A DNA stretch of 64,000 bases. It comes from an uncultured Alphaproteobacteria bacterium (GTDB taxonomy: Bacteria; Pseudomonadota; Alphaproteobacteria; Rhizobiales; Xanthobacteraceae). Shown here one piece after another: positions 48,579 through 58,497 of this stretch. The translations under genes and the position numbers were made by a program. The notes under the pieces were generated by a model, which was given only the letters and a program-made list of their open reading frames with translations, was not told the DNA's origin and ran no database searches. The stretch's first letter is position 1, and every line of letters starts with the position of its first letter. The DNA is taken from the NCBI GenBank assembly GCA_963758945.1, contig CAVWXY010000021.1, positions 191,614 to 255,613 of the forward strand, in the 5' to 3' direction.

Positions 48579-49898
48579 CTAAGGGCGACGAGCGCCCACA
48601 ACCTTCACCACCGCGCCGGTCAGGCGCGCCAGCTCCTCCTCGCCGATGGTGAAAGCGGGCGTGAGATAGACGATGGAGCCGAACGGACGCACGAACACCC
48701 CCTCCTCGATAAAGCGTGCGCGCAAGGCTTCGAGGTCGTCGACGCGATCGAGCTCGACCACGCCGATTGCGCCCTTGACGCGCACGTCCTTGACGCCGGG
48801 CAAGCCGCGGCAGGACGCAAGCCCGCGCTCGAGCGTGGCCGCGATATCCGCCACCTGCCGCAGCCGCGGCTCGCGCTCGAACAGGTCGAGCGAGGCATTG
48901 GCAGCCGCGCAGGCGAGCGCGTTGGCCATGAAGGTCGGCCCGTGCATCAATGCATGCATCGGGTCGTCGGACCAGAATGCCTCGAAGACGCGCCTGCGGG
49001 CGATGGTCGCGGCGAGCGGCAGCGTTCCGCCGGTCAGCGCCTTCGACAGCGTGACGATGTCCGGCACCACGCCCGCCGCCTCACAGGCAAACAACGTTCC
49101 GGTGCGGCCGAAGCCGGTGAAAATCTCGTCGAAGATCAGCAGGAGCTGGTAGCGGTCGGCCGCCTCGCGCAACGTCCGCAGCACCGCCGCGTCGTGGAAG
49201 CGCATGCCGCCCGCCCCTTGCACCAACGGCTCGACGACGATGCCGGCAAGCTCATCGGCGTGGCGCTCGAGAACGCGTGCGAGCGCCGCGGCACTCTCCT
49301 CGTCCCGCGGCAGACCGACGACGTGATGCTCGGCCAACAGCCCGCGAAACAGCGCGTGCATGCCGGCCTCGGGATCGCAGATCGCCATCGCGCCGGTGGT
49401 GTCGCCGTGATAGCCGCCGCTGAAGGCGAGGAACTTGGTGCGCGTGCGCACGCCCCTGTTGATCCAGAACTGCACCGCCATCTTCATGGCGACTTCGACC
49501 GCGACCGAACCGGACTCGGAGAAGAAGACGCGATCGAGATCGCCGGGAAGTGCCGACGCCAGCCGGCGGGCAAGGGTGAGCGCCTGCTCGTGGGCAAGCC
49601 CGCCGAACATGACGTGCGGCATCAGCGCGAGCTGGCGCTCGACCGCGGCACGGATGTGCGGATGGTTATAGCCGTGGCAGGCGGTCCACCACGACGCGAT
49701 CCCGTCGACGAGCTCGCGCCCGTCGGCCAGCACGATGCGGGAGCCTTGCGTGCGCACGACCGGCAGCGGCGGCAGCATCCGCTTCATCTGCGCATAAGGC
49801 AGCCAGACATGGGGGAGACCCGCCTCGTACCAAGCGGGCCGCGAAGCTCCCTCGTCTACCGTCTTGCCTCCCGACTTGCCTCCCGTCTTGCCCGACAT
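48579..49898 (-). CDS. bioA: adenosylmethionine-8-amino-7-oxononanoate aminotransferase BioA (start uncertain, 49898-49979)
   Basis: Contains HVWLPYAQMK...DGIASWWTACHGYNHP...SESGSVAVEVAMKM...LLIFDEIFTGFGRTG...DIVTLSKALTGG. Confidence 0.85.
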   Translation of the reverse strand: MSGKTGGKSGGKTVDEGASRPAWYEAGLPHVWLPYAQMKRMLPPLPVVRTQGSRIVLADGRELVDGIASWWTACHGYNHPHIRAAVERQLALMPHVMFGGLAHEQALTLARRLASALPGDLDRVFFSESGSVAVEVAMKMAVQFWINRGVRTRTKFLAFSGGYHGDTTGAMAICDPEAGMHALFRGLLAEHHVVGLPRDEESAAALARVLERHADELAGIVVEPLVQGAGGMRFHDAAVLRTLREAADRYQLLLIFDEIFTGFGRTGTLFACEAAGVVPDIVTLSKALTGGTLPLAATIARRRVFEAFWSDDPMHALMHGPTFMANALACAAANASLDLFEREPRLRQVADIAATLERGLASCRGLPGVKDVRVKGAIGVVELDRVDDLEALRARFIEEGVFVRPFGSIVYLTPAFTIGEEELARLTGAVVKVVGARRP

Positions 49899-49969
49899 TC
49901 CGCGCTTCCATTCGACCTTCATTGCCGCCATGCTGTCGCGTGAGGAACCGACGCAGGGTCGATGCGAGG

Positions 49970-51145
49970 ATGCGTTCACTCGATGAATTCGCGACCGCCA
50001 AGCTCGCCGAGCTCGAACGCAACAGTCTACGCCGTGCGCTCGTCGACACCACCCGAGTGACGGGAACTCGGCTGCTGCGCAACGGGCGCCCGCTGCTGTC
50101 CTTCTCCTGCAACGACTATCTCAACCTGACCCATCACCCCGCCGTCAAGGACGCGGCGATCGAGGCGCTGCGTATCCACGGCCTGGGCGCCGGCGCCTCC
50201 CGCTTCGTGACCGGCAATCATCCACTGTTCGCGGAGCTCGAGGCGAGGCTCGCGCGCCTGAAAGCCACGCAGGCGGCGTGCGTCTTCGGCTCGGGTTATC
50301 TCGCCAATCTCGGCATCATCCCCGCACTCGCCGGCCACGGCGACCTCGTGCTGATCGACGAGCTCGCGCATGCCTGCCTGTGGGCGGGCGCGCGGCTCTC
50401 CCGCGCCGCCGTCGTGCCGTTTCGCCACGCGGACACCGAGCATGTGGGGGCGCTGCTCGCGGAGCTGCGCCCGCGTCATCGGCATGCCCTGATCGCGACC
50501 GACGGCGTCTTTTCCATGGACGGCGATATCGCGCCCCTGCCCGGCCTCGCGGCGCTGGCGCAGCGCCACGACGCCTGGCTGATCTCGGACGACGCCCATG
50601 GCCTCGGCGTCGTCGGCAACGCGCGGGGCTCGAGCTTCGCGCACGGCGCCAAGGTCGACGTGCCGCTCCAGATGGGCACGCTGTCGAAAGCGCTCGGCGC
50701 CTACGGCGGGTATCTCTGCGCCTCCGCCGCGGTCATCGACCTCATTCGCAACCGTGCGCGCACCCTGATCTACTCGACCGGCCTGCCGGCGGCCGTGGTC
50801 GCCGGCGCGATTGCCGCCCTGGACGTGATCGAGCGCGAGCCCGGCTATGCCGCGCTGCCGCTTGCCAAGGCGAAAGCGTTTGCCCGCCGCGTCGGGTTGC
50901 CGGAGCCGGCGAGTCCGATCGTGCCGGTGCTGCTCGGCGGCGCCGAAGCGGCGCTCGCCGCCTCGGCTCTGCTCGAGGATCACGGCTTCCTCGTCGTCGC
51001 CATTCGGCCCCCGACCGTGCCGGCCGGAACGGCGCGGCTGCGCCTGACCTTCACCGCGCAACATCCCGACGCCGAGACCGAGCGGCTGGCCGATCTCATC
51101 CGCACCCGCATTCTCGCGCGGGCCGCGGCCAGCGCAGCGCAATGA
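49970..51145 (+). CDS. bioF: 8-amino-7-oxononanoate synthase BioF
   Basis: Contains SFSCNDYLNL...GAGASRFVTGN...DDAHGLGVVG...MGTLSKALGAYGG. It is divergent from bioA. Confidence 0.85.
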   Translation: MRSLDEFATAKLAELERNSLRRALVDTTRVTGTRLLRNGRPLLSFSCNDYLNLTHHPAVKDAAIEALRIHGLGAGASRFVTGNHPLFAELEARLARLKATQAACVFGSGYLANLGIIPALAGHGDLVLIDELAHACLWAGARLSRAAVVPFRHADTEHVGALLAELRPRHRHALIATDGVFSMDGDIAPLPGLAALAQRHDAWLISDDAHGLGVVGNARGSSFAHGAKVDVPLQMGTLSKALGAYGGYLCASAAVIDLIRNRARTLIYSTGLPAAVVAGAIAALDVIEREPGYAALPLAKAKAFARRVGLPEPASPIVPVLLGGAEAALAASALLEDHGFLVVAIRPPTVPAGTARLRLTFTAQHPDAETERLADLIRTRILARAAASAAQ

Positions 51146-51819
51146 CCGCGTTTTTCGTCACCGCGACCGGGACCGATGTCGGCAAGACCTTCGTCACCGC
51201 GGGATTGATCCGCCACGTGCGCGCCGCCGGCCGGGCCGTCGCCGCGATCAAGCCGGTGGTCAGCGGCTTCCCGGCCGAGCGCTGGCAGGACAGCGATCCC
51301 GCGGTTCTGCTCGCGGCACTTGATCGCCCCGCGGCCTTGGAGGAGATCGAGGCAATCTCGCCCTGGCGGTTCAGCGCGCCGCTCTCGCCCCACATGGCGG
51401 CGCGATGCGAACACCGCGCAATCGCGTTCCCGGAGGTCGTGGAGTTCTGTCGCCGTGCCATGTCCGCCCGCCGCGGCGTGCTGCTGATCGAGGGCATCGG
51501 CGGCATCATGGTGCCGCTCGACGACCGCCACACCGTGCTCGACTGGATGTCGGTGCTGCGCATCCCGATCATCCTGGTGGCAGGGAGCTATGTCGGGACC
51601 ATGAGCCACACCTTGACCGCGCTCGAAGTGCTGGCGCGGCGCAATCTCGATGTCGCGGCGGTGGTAATCAGCGAAAGCGAAAGCAGCGCGGCGTCGCTCG
51701 CGGATACCGTCGCGACCGTTCAGCTGTTCGCGGACTCCATCGACGTCATCGGCATCCCGCGTCTGACCGGCGGCGCGGGCGACCACCCGGCCTTCGCGCG
51801 CATCGCCGGGTTGCTGTAG
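51142..51819 (+). CDS. bioD: dethiobiotin synthase BioD
   Basis: ATGA overlap with bioF. The N-terminal P-loop is FFVTATGTDVGKTFVTAGL, followed by LIEGIGGIMVP. Confidence 0.85.
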   Translation: MTAFFVTATGTDVGKTFVTAGLIRHVRAAGRAVAAIKPVVSGFPAERWQDSDPAVLLAALDRPAALEEIEAISPWRFSAPLSPHMAARCEHRAIAFPEVVEFCRRAMSARRGVLLIEGIGGIMVPLDDRHTVLDWMSVLRIPIILVAGSYVGTMSHTLTALEVLARRNLDVAAVVISESESSAASLADTVATVQLFADSIDVIGIPRLTGGAGDHPAFARIAGLL

Positions 51820-51859
51820 TGCGGGTGCCGAAGGTCGAAGTGGGGATCGCTTGATCTGA

Positions 51860-52837
51860 TCACGGCACCAGGATGCTCGAGCCCGTGGTGTTGCGGCCTT
51901 CGAGGTCGCGATGCGACTTCTGCGCGTCCTTGAGCGCGTATTTCTGGTTGACCGGGATCTTGACCGCGCCGCTCGCCACCACGTCGAACAGATCGTTCGC
52001 GGTCTTGAGCAGGTCCTCGCGCTTGGCGACGTAGGTGTTGAGCGTCGGCCGGGTGGCGAACAGCGAGCCTTTGGTCTGCAGAATGTTGATGTTGAAGGCC
52101 TCGATCGGGCCGGAAGCGGAGCCGAAGCTCACGAACATGCCGAGCGGCTTGATGCAGTCGAGCGAGGCCGGGAAGGTCGCCTTGCCGACGCCGTCGTAGA
52201 CCACCTCGCACAGCTTGCCGCCGGTGATCTCCTTGACCTTGGCGACGAAATCATCGTCGCGGTAGAGGATGACATGGTGGGCGCCGTTCTTCTTGGCGAG
52301 CTCGGCCTTGTCCTTCGAGCCGACGGTGCCGATGACATTGGCGCCGAGATGGTTGGCCCACTGGCAGGCTATGAGCCCGACCCCGCCGGCGGCGGCATGG
52401 ATCAGCACGTTGTCGCCCTTCTGCACCTTGTAGGTCCGCCGCAGCAGATATTGCACCGTCATGCCCTTGAGCATCATGGCGGCGGCCTGCTCGTAGCTGA
52501 TCTTGTCCGGCAGCTTCACCGCGCGGTCGGCCGGCAGCAGGCGCTCGGCCGCATAGGCCCCGAGCGCCGACGTGTAGCCGACGCGATCGCCGACCTTGAG
52601 GTCGGTCACGCCCGGCCCGACGGCGACGACCTCGCCCGCCCCCTCGTTGCCGGCCACGAACGGCAGTCCCACCGGCGAGGGATACATGCCCATGCGGAAA
52701 TAGGTGTCGATGAAGTTGACGCCGCAGGCGTGGTTCCGGATCTTGATCTGGCCCTGATCCGGCGCCGGCACCGCGACGTCCTCGTAGGTCAGCACTTCCG
52801 GACCGCCCGTCTTGTGGACCCGCACCGCTGCGACCAT
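51860..52837 (-). CDS. qor: NADPH:quinone oxidoreductase (zeta-crystallin / Qor family)
   Basis: Contains AVRVHKTGGPEVLTYEDV and the MDR fold motif AAAGGVGLIACQWA. ATG is at 52837. Confidence 0.85.
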   Translation of the reverse strand: MVAAVRVHKTGGPEVLTYEDVAVPAPDQGQIKIRNHACGVNFIDTYFRMGMYPSPVGLPFVAGNEGAGEVVAVGPGVTDLKVGDRVGYTSALGAYAAERLLPADRAVKLPDKISYEQAAAMMLKGMTVQYLLRRTYKVQKGDNVLIHAAAGGVGLIACQWANHLGANVIGTVGSKDKAELAKKNGAHHVILYRDDDFVAKVKEITGGKLCEVVYDGVGKATFPASLDCIKPLGMFVSFGSASGPIEAFNINILQTKGSLFATRPTLNTYVAKREDLLKTANDLFDVVASGAVKIPVNQKYALKDAQKSHRDLEGRNTTGSSILVP

Positions 52838-52918
52838 GGCTCTCACTCCCTGTCTCGACTTCAAAGGCCGGACTGCCGGCGGCGGCAATGTCTCCCAGCG
52901 GAGGCCGCCGATCAAGCC

Positions 52919-53656
52919 TCAGCCGCCCGGCTTGCGCCGTCGCCGGTTGCGCCTTGCCATGACGTTGAAGAACTCGACCGCCCCGGCAAAGGCCATGGCG
53001 AAATAGATGTAGCCGCGCGGGATGTGGAAATCGAAGCCGTCGGCCATGAGCGCGACCCCGATGAGCACCAGAAAGGCCAGCGCCAGCATCTTGGTGGTGG
53101 GGTGCTCGGCGATGAACGCGCCGACCGGTCCCGCCGCCACGTACATCACGATCATGGCGATGACCACGGCGGCGATCATCACCTCCAGGTCCTCCGCCAT
53201 GCCGATCGCCGTGATGATCGAATTGAGCGAGAAGACGAGGTCGATCGCGACGAGCTGGGCGATGATCCAGGCGAACGCCTGGGTGGTGGAAGCGGGCTCC
53301 GTACCTTCCTCGCGCGCCTCGACCTCGGCGTGGATCTCGTGCGTGGCCTTGGCGATGAGGAACAGGCCGCCGCCGATCAGGATGATGTCCCGCCAGGAGA
53401 TCGCCATGCCAAAGATGGTGATCAGCGGTGCCGTCAGGCCTATCAGCCAGGTGAGCCCCACGAGCATGACCACGCGGAAGACGAAGGCGAGTGCGAGGCC
53501 GATCTGCCGGGCGCGGCGCGCCCTTTGCTCGTCCAGCCGGGAGGTCAGCACCGAGATGAAGACGAGATTGTCGATGCCGAGCACGATCTCGAGCACGCTG
53601 AGCGTGATCAGCGCGGCCCAGGCATTCGGATCGGCGAGGAGCGCGAGCGTGTTCAT
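52919..53656 (-). CDS. TerC-family integral membrane protein
   Basis: Contains LITLSVLEIVLGIDNLVFISVL and a second DLVFSLNSIITAIG repeat, as is typical of the TerC family. Confidence 0.8.
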   Translation of the reverse strand: MNTLALLADPNAWAALITLSVLEIVLGIDNLVFISVLTSRLDEQRARRARQIGLALAFVFRVVMLVGLTWLIGLTAPLITIFGMAISWRDIILIGGGLFLIAKATHEIHAEVEAREEGTEPASTTQAFAWIIAQLVAIDLVFSLNSIITAIGMAEDLEVMIAAVVIAMIVMYVAAGPVGAFIAEHPTTKMLALAFLVLIGVALMADGFDFHIPRGYIYFAMAFAGAVEFFNVMARRNRRRRKPGG

Positions 53657-54340
53657 TCAGCGCTTCTCGGTGAGCCCGACGCCGAGGAAGTAGAGCCCGA
53701 CCACCACCAGGCCTGCCGCCACCCACGGCCCCGGATCGAGATCGTGCAGGACGGCGATCAGTGCGAGCACGGACCACAGCGCCAATGCGGCGACGTTCAC
53801 AGCCCGCAGCCGCGCAACCCGCATGGGGTGGAGGAACTTGAACGGTGTGAAGGTCAGCACCGCGAGCGCCGCGACAATGACCGTCGTCAGCCACGGCGCG
53901 GGCCTGAGCAAGAACAGATAGAATGCGGCCGCGTTCCAAAGCGCCGGAAAGCCGCGAAAGTAGTTGTCGGCGGTCTTCATGTCGCGGTCGGCGAAATAGA
54001 GCGCGCCGGTGACGACGATGATGACGGCGGCGGGAAGCGCGAACGCCGCCGGCAGCAGGCCGCCGGCGGAGATCGCGTAGGCCGGGACGAAGACGTAGGT
54101 GGTGAAATCCACCACCAGGTCGAGTACGTCACCCGACCAGCGCGGCAGAACGTCGGAAACTTTGAGCCAGCGCGCGATCGTGCCGTCCACGCCGTCGATA
54201 ATGAGCGCGATCCCGAGACAAAGGAACATCGCCGCCCATTGCGCGCGCGTCGCATAGACGAGCGCGGCGAGCGCCAGCGCCGCCCCCGCCGCGGTGAAGA
54301 CGTGGACCGTGAAGGCGCGCGTTTGCGTGAGCGGCGGCAA
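53657..54340 (-). CDS. pcs: phosphatidylcholine synthase (CDP-alcohol phosphatidyltransferase family)
   Basis: Contains DGVDGTIARWLKVSDVLPRWSGDVLDLVVD (DG..DG..AR...D...D motif). TTG 54340 is preceded by GGGAG. The longer ORF to 54631 has an implausible N-terminus. Confidence 0.7.
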   Translation of the reverse strand: MPPLTQTRAFTVHVFTAAGAALALAALVYATRAQWAAMFLCLGIALIIDGVDGTIARWLKVSDVLPRWSGDVLDLVVDFTTYVFVPAYAISAGGLLPAAFALPAAVIIVVTGALYFADRDMKTADNYFRGFPALWNAAAFYLFLLRPAPWLTTVIVAALAVLTFTPFKFLHPMRVARLRAVNVAALALWSVLALIAVLHDLDPGPWVAAGLVVVGLYFLGVGLTEKR

Positions 54341-54527
54341 GGATACGGACTCCCTTCTCCCGTTAGCTATTATACATGTGAGGTGCCTCAGGTTGCCGTG
54401 CCGGCACAAGCCGGAATTGGAAGGTGCGACATTTGCGTGACTGCGCTTGACATGCAGATGACCCGGGCCATGTGCTCGCGCCGGCAATGAGGCTCGAAGA
54501 GGGCTGAACCATGAGGATGACCGCAGG

Positions 54528-55724
54528 ATGAACGACCTAACGGCCGAAGTCGTGGTCGTCGGCGGCGGTCCCGCGGGCCTGACCGCAGCGATCGCGCTCG
54601 CCTCGGCCGGGGTTGAAACCGTGCTGGTCACCAGGGCGCTCGCCGATCCGGATCACCGCACCACCGCGCTACTGGGCGGCTCGGTCACGGCGCTCGACAC
54701 GCTCGGCGTCTGGCCGGGTTGCCGAGAGCACGCCGCGCCGATGCGGGTGTTGCGGATCATCGACGACACGGCACGGCTGTGGCGTGCGCCCGAGGTCTCG
54801 TTTGCCGCTCGCGAGATCGGACTCGACGCCTTCGGCTACAATATCGAGAACCGGTTTCTCTTTGCCGCGCTCGTGGCGCGCGCGGACGAGGTTCCCTCGC
54901 TCACCCGCCTGGAGGCGGCTGCCGACGCGGTCGAGATCGCGAACGGCGGCGTAACCGTGCGGTGCAACGGCGCCGCGGTATCGGCACGGCTGGCGATCGG
55001 CGCCGAGGGTCGACGCTCGTTGTGCCGGGCTGCCGCCGGCATCGACAGCAACGGCCGCGGTTATCGCCAGACGGCGCTCACCTTCAACCTCGGTCACAGC
55101 CGGGAGCACCACGACACGTCCACCGAGTTCCACAGCGAGAGCGGTCCCTTCACGCTGGTACCGCTGCCCGGACGGCGATCGAGCCTCGTCTTCGTCGTCG
55201 ATTCCGCCGAGGCCCCTCGCCTCTCGGCGCTCTGCGACGCGGCCATGGCGGTGGAGATCGAGCGACGCTCGCATTCGATCCTGGGCAAGCTCACCGTCGA
55301 GCCCGGCCGCGGCGTCTTCCCGCTGGCGATCGAGACCGCGAGCAGTTTTGGCGCTCGCCGGGTGGCGCTGGTGGGAGAAGCAGCGCACGTCGTTGCGCCG
55401 ATCGGCGCACAAGGTCTCAATCTCGGGCTGCGCGATGCCGCCACCATCGGCGAGCTCGCGGTTGCCGCCCATCGTGACGGGCGCGACGTCGGCGAGGTGG
55501 CCGAACGCTACGACCGCATGCGCCGCGCCGACGTGACCAGCCGGGCGCTCGCCGTCGATCTTCTCAACCGTAGCCTGCTCTCGGATGTCCTGCCTGTGCA
55601 GGGGGCGCGCGGGCTCGGGCTGTTCCTGATGGAGCGCATCGGTCCGCTGCGGCGGGCGCTGATGCGCGAGGGCGTCGCGCCGATCGCGTCGCAGCCGCGC
55701 CTCATGCGCGGCGAGACGCTCTAG
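54528..55724 (+). CDS. FAD-dependent monooxygenase, UbiH/UbiF/VisC/COQ6 family
   Basis: Contains [21 protein letters not shown] (dinucleotide fold) and [25 protein letters not shown]. Confidence 0.8.
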   Translation: MNDLTAEVVVVGGGPAGLTAAIALASAGVETVLVTRALADPDHRTTALLGGSVTALDTLGVWPGCREHAAPMRVLRIIDDTARLWRAPEVSFAAREIGLDAFGYNIENRFLFAALVARADEVPSLTRLEAAADAVEIANGGVTVRCNGAAVSARLAIGAEGRRSLCRAAAGIDSNGRGYRQTALTFNLGHSREHHDTSTEFHSESGPFTLVPLPGRRSSLVFVVDSAEAPRLSALCDAAMAVEIERRSHSILGKLTVEPGRGVFPLAIETASSFGARRVALVGEAAHVVAPIGAQGLNLGLRDAATIGELAVAAHRDGRDVGEVAERYDRMRRADVTSRALAVDLLNRSLLSDVLPVQGARGLGLFLMERIGPLRRALMREGVAPIASQPRLMRGETL

Positions 55725-55903
55725 CATGCCGTCGCAGCTGCGACGCACGGGCTCGGTCGCCGGTGCTGCCCGCTGCTTGCTCTCGCGCTAATCAATCTTG
55801 CCCGCCTCTGCTCGCAAAAGCGGCTTGGCCAAACCCCGGAATTGCCCCTACCGTAGCGGGAAACGGCGGCCACGCTTGGGAACGGCATTTTGGGGGGACG
55901 ACG

Positions 55904-56944
55904 ATGAAGCTTCCGCGCAACTTCTTCAAGCCGCTCGCGATCGGCGCGCCGGCGCCGCTGCGCGAGCTGCCGGTCAAGCTCGAGCGCATGATCCATTTCG
56001 TGCCGCCGCACATCGAGAAGCTGCGCGCCAAAGTGCCGGAGCTGATCGCGCAAGTCGACGTCGTGCTCGGCAACCTCGAAGACGCGATTCCGGCGGATGC
56101 CAAGGCGGCGGCGCGTGTCGGTTTCATCACCATGGCCAAAGCGAACGATTTCGGCGCGACCGGCCTGTGGACGCGCATCAACGCGCTCAATTCGCCTTGG
56201 ATGCTCGACGACGTGATGGAGATCGTCGGCGCGGTGGGCGCCAAGCTTGATGTGGTCATGCTGCCCAAGGTGGAAGGGCCGTGGGATATTCATTACCTCG
56301 ACCAACTCCTCGCCCAACTCGAGGCCAGACACGCGGTCGAGAAACCGATCCTGATCCACGCCATCCTGGAGACGGCGGAAGGGGTCGACAACGTCGCCGC
56401 GATCGCCGCGGCGTCCCCACGCATGCACGGCATCAGTCTCGGTCCGGCCGATCTCGCCGCCTCGCGCGCCATGAAGACCACGCGCGTGGGTGGCGGGCAT
56501 CCGGATTATGCTGTCCTCGCCGACGCCAAGCAGGGGGTCGCGCGAAAGAAATTCCAGCAGGATCTTTGGCACTACACCATCGCGAAAATGGTGGACGCTT
56601 GCGCGGCGGCCGGCATCAAGGCGTTCTACGGCCCGTTCGGGGACTTCTCCGATTCGGAGGCCTGCGAGGCGCAGTTTCGCAACGCCTTCCTCATGGGCTG
56701 CGCAGGCGCCTGGACGCTGCATCCGAGCCAGGTGCCCATCGCCAAACGCGTGTTCTCGCCCGATCCCGCGGAGGTCGCCTTCGCCAAGAAGATCCTGGCG
56801 GCCATGCCCGACGGCAGCGGGGCGGTCATGATCGACGGCAGGATGCAGGACGACGCCACTTGGAAACAGGCCAAAGTGCTCATCGATCTCGCCCGCCTGG
56901 TCGCCGCAAAGGACCCGGAGGTGGCGGTGCGTTACGCGCTGTGA
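55904..56944 (+). CDS. HpcH/HpaI aldolase / citrate lyase beta-like CoA-ester lyase (malyl-CoA lyase-like)
   Basis: ATG is at 55904. It contains [13 protein letters not shown]...[11 protein letters not shown]...[10 protein letters not shown]...[12 protein letters not shown]. Confidence 0.7.
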   Translation: MKLPRNFFKPLAIGAPAPLRELPVKLERMIHFVPPHIEKLRAKVPELIAQVDVVLGNLEDAIPADAKAAARVGFITMAKANDFGATGLWTRINALNSPWMLDDVMEIVGAVGAKLDVVMLPKVEGPWDIHYLDQLLAQLEARHAVEKPILIHAILETAEGVDNVAAIAAASPRMHGISLGPADLAASRAMKTTRVGGGHPDYAVLADAKQGVARKKFQQDLWHYTIAKMVDACAAAGIKAFYGPFGDFSDSEACEAQFRNAFLMGCAGAWTLHPSQVPIAKRVFSPDPAEVAFAKKILAAMPDGSGAVMIDGRMQDDATWKQAKVLIDLARLVAAKDPEVAVRYAL

Positions 56945-56973
56945 CCCTCTAGCATCGACCGCGATCCCGGATT

Positions 56974-57321
56974 ATGTCCAGTTCGAGCATGAACAAGACG
57001 CGTAGCGCCAAATTCAAGATCGGGCAGGTGGTCCGCCACCGCCTATTCCCGTTCCGCGGGGTCGTGTTCGACATCGATCCGCAGTTCAACAATACCGAGG
57101 AATGGTACGAGTCGATCCCGGCCGAGGTGCGCCCGCACAAGGATCAGCCGTTCTATCATCTGTTCGCCGAGAACGCGGAGACCGAGTACATCGCCTATGT
57201 GTCCGAGCAGAACTTGTTGCCCGACACATCCGGCGAACCGGTGCGCCATCCGCAGGTCGCCGAGGTGTTCGAGGAGGACGAGAAGGGCAGCTACCGGCCG
57301 CGCAATTCATTGCTTCATTAG
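56974..57321 (+). CDS. hspQ: heat-shock protein HspQ (hemimethylated DNA-binding YccV family)
   Basis: Contains AKFKIGQVVRHRLFPFRGVVFDIDPQF...QPFYHL. Confidence 0.8.
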   Translation: MSSSSMNKTRSAKFKIGQVVRHRLFPFRGVVFDIDPQFNNTEEWYESIPAEVRPHKDQPFYHLFAENAETEYIAYVSEQNLLPDTSGEPVRHPQVAEVFEEDEKGSYRPRNSLLH

Positions 57322-57401
57322 CGCGTGTAATGCGTCTCGGCCGCATGCGGCGGGCGCGCGCTTCAACATCGGCTGGCGAATTCCAGCACGCGGAACGAGA
57401 G

Positions 57402-57423
57402 AGGCGCGCCCAGGGGCGCGCCT
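57402..57423. terminator. candidate bidirectional terminator hairpin between the convergent hspQ and ialB-like genes
   Basis: A perfect 9-bp GC-rich stem, AGGCGCGCC-CAGG-GGCGCGCCT. There is no clear U-tract on either side. Confidence 0.4.
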
Positions 57424-57452
57424 CGATCCATTCCAAAGGAAAATCGGAGCCG

Positions 57453-58214
57453 CTAACGCGTCGGGGCCTGCTGCTGCTGGCCTTCGAGCTTCTTGCGCGC
57501 CTCCTCGGCCCGCTTCTGCAACTCCGACTGCAGCTGCTTCTGCTGCTCCTCGAATTTCTTGGGATCGGTCGGCGGCCCGTCATAGGCCTTGGCGAAGTCG
57601 GTGAGCGGGACCACGAGACTGATGGGCTGGCCGGCGCCGTTGATGCCCTGGATGACGAGGCCCTGCCCTTTCTTCAGCTTGCCGATCAACTCCCCGCTCG
57701 CCTCATAGTCGGCCATGCAGCCGTTGTTGAAGCAGATGACGTAGGGCCCGGTCATGGGCTGGCCGTTGTCGACGATGACGCGGGTTCCGGGCTGCAGCGA
57801 CATGCCCAACGGCAAGGTGACGCGAAGCACCTTCTTGGGATCGTTCTCGGGCTCGATCAGCACCGCCGCCACCACCGGCATGCCCGATTCGACCCTGCCG
57901 TCCTTGCCGGTGAAGCAGACCTGCTTGGCGTTCGCCTCCTGCCCCTTCAGGCAGAACTTGGTCCAGGGTGAAAAGATGAGCTGCGGCTGATCGCCGCTCT
58001 GTGCCGCCGCCGGCGCCTGCGTATGCGGAACCTCGGTCGGTTTCTGCGCCGGCTTGGGTGCGGCCTTGGGCGCAGCTTTCGGTGCGGGAGGTGCCGGCGG
58101 CGTCTGCGCGAAGGCGCTGGAGCCAGCCAAGGCGGTGAGCATCGTCGTTACCGCGGCGACGGCAAACGAACGTGCGGCCGGCCGGGCCGGCGCAAAAACC
58201 AACCTATGAACCAT
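57453..58214 (-). CDS. invasion-associated locus B (IalB) family protein
   Basis: It has a signal peptide, a Pro/Ala/Lys-rich spacer, and then WTKFCLKG...VCFTGKDGRVESG...LRVTLPLGM...YVICFNNGCMADY, typical of IalB. Confidence 0.8.
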   Translation of the reverse strand: MVHRLVFAPARPAARSFAVAAVTTMLTALAGSSAFAQTPPAPPAPKAAPKAAPKPAQKPTEVPHTQAPAAAQSGDQPQLIFSPWTKFCLKGQEANAKQVCFTGKDGRVESGMPVVAAVLIEPENDPKKVLRVTLPLGMSLQPGTRVIVDNGQPMTGPYVICFNNGCMADYEASGELIGKLKKGQGLVIQGINGAGQPISLVVPLTDFAKAYDGPPTDPKKFEEQQKQLQSELQKRAEEARKKLEGQQQQAPTR

Positions 58215-58497
58215 CGACAGATCCTCTTGCTTACCGCTTTCCCCCCGGCGCCCCCGCGCCGGAACGGCAACCCCGCATTACCGTTGTGTCGACACCAAAT
58301 GCGGCGGGAGCGTGACGCCGAACAACCGCCTGATATCGATTTCCGCTGCCCGTTGAAGCCATAACCCCGCCGCGTTTGAGGCGAGACATGGCCGATCATC
58401 ACCTGCGACCGGCATTCGCCGCCGGCCGCGCGGCCCAAGCCGCCGCGTTCATGGGATCATTCGTGGTAACCCCGAGCCGCCGAGTTGCCCCTCTGCT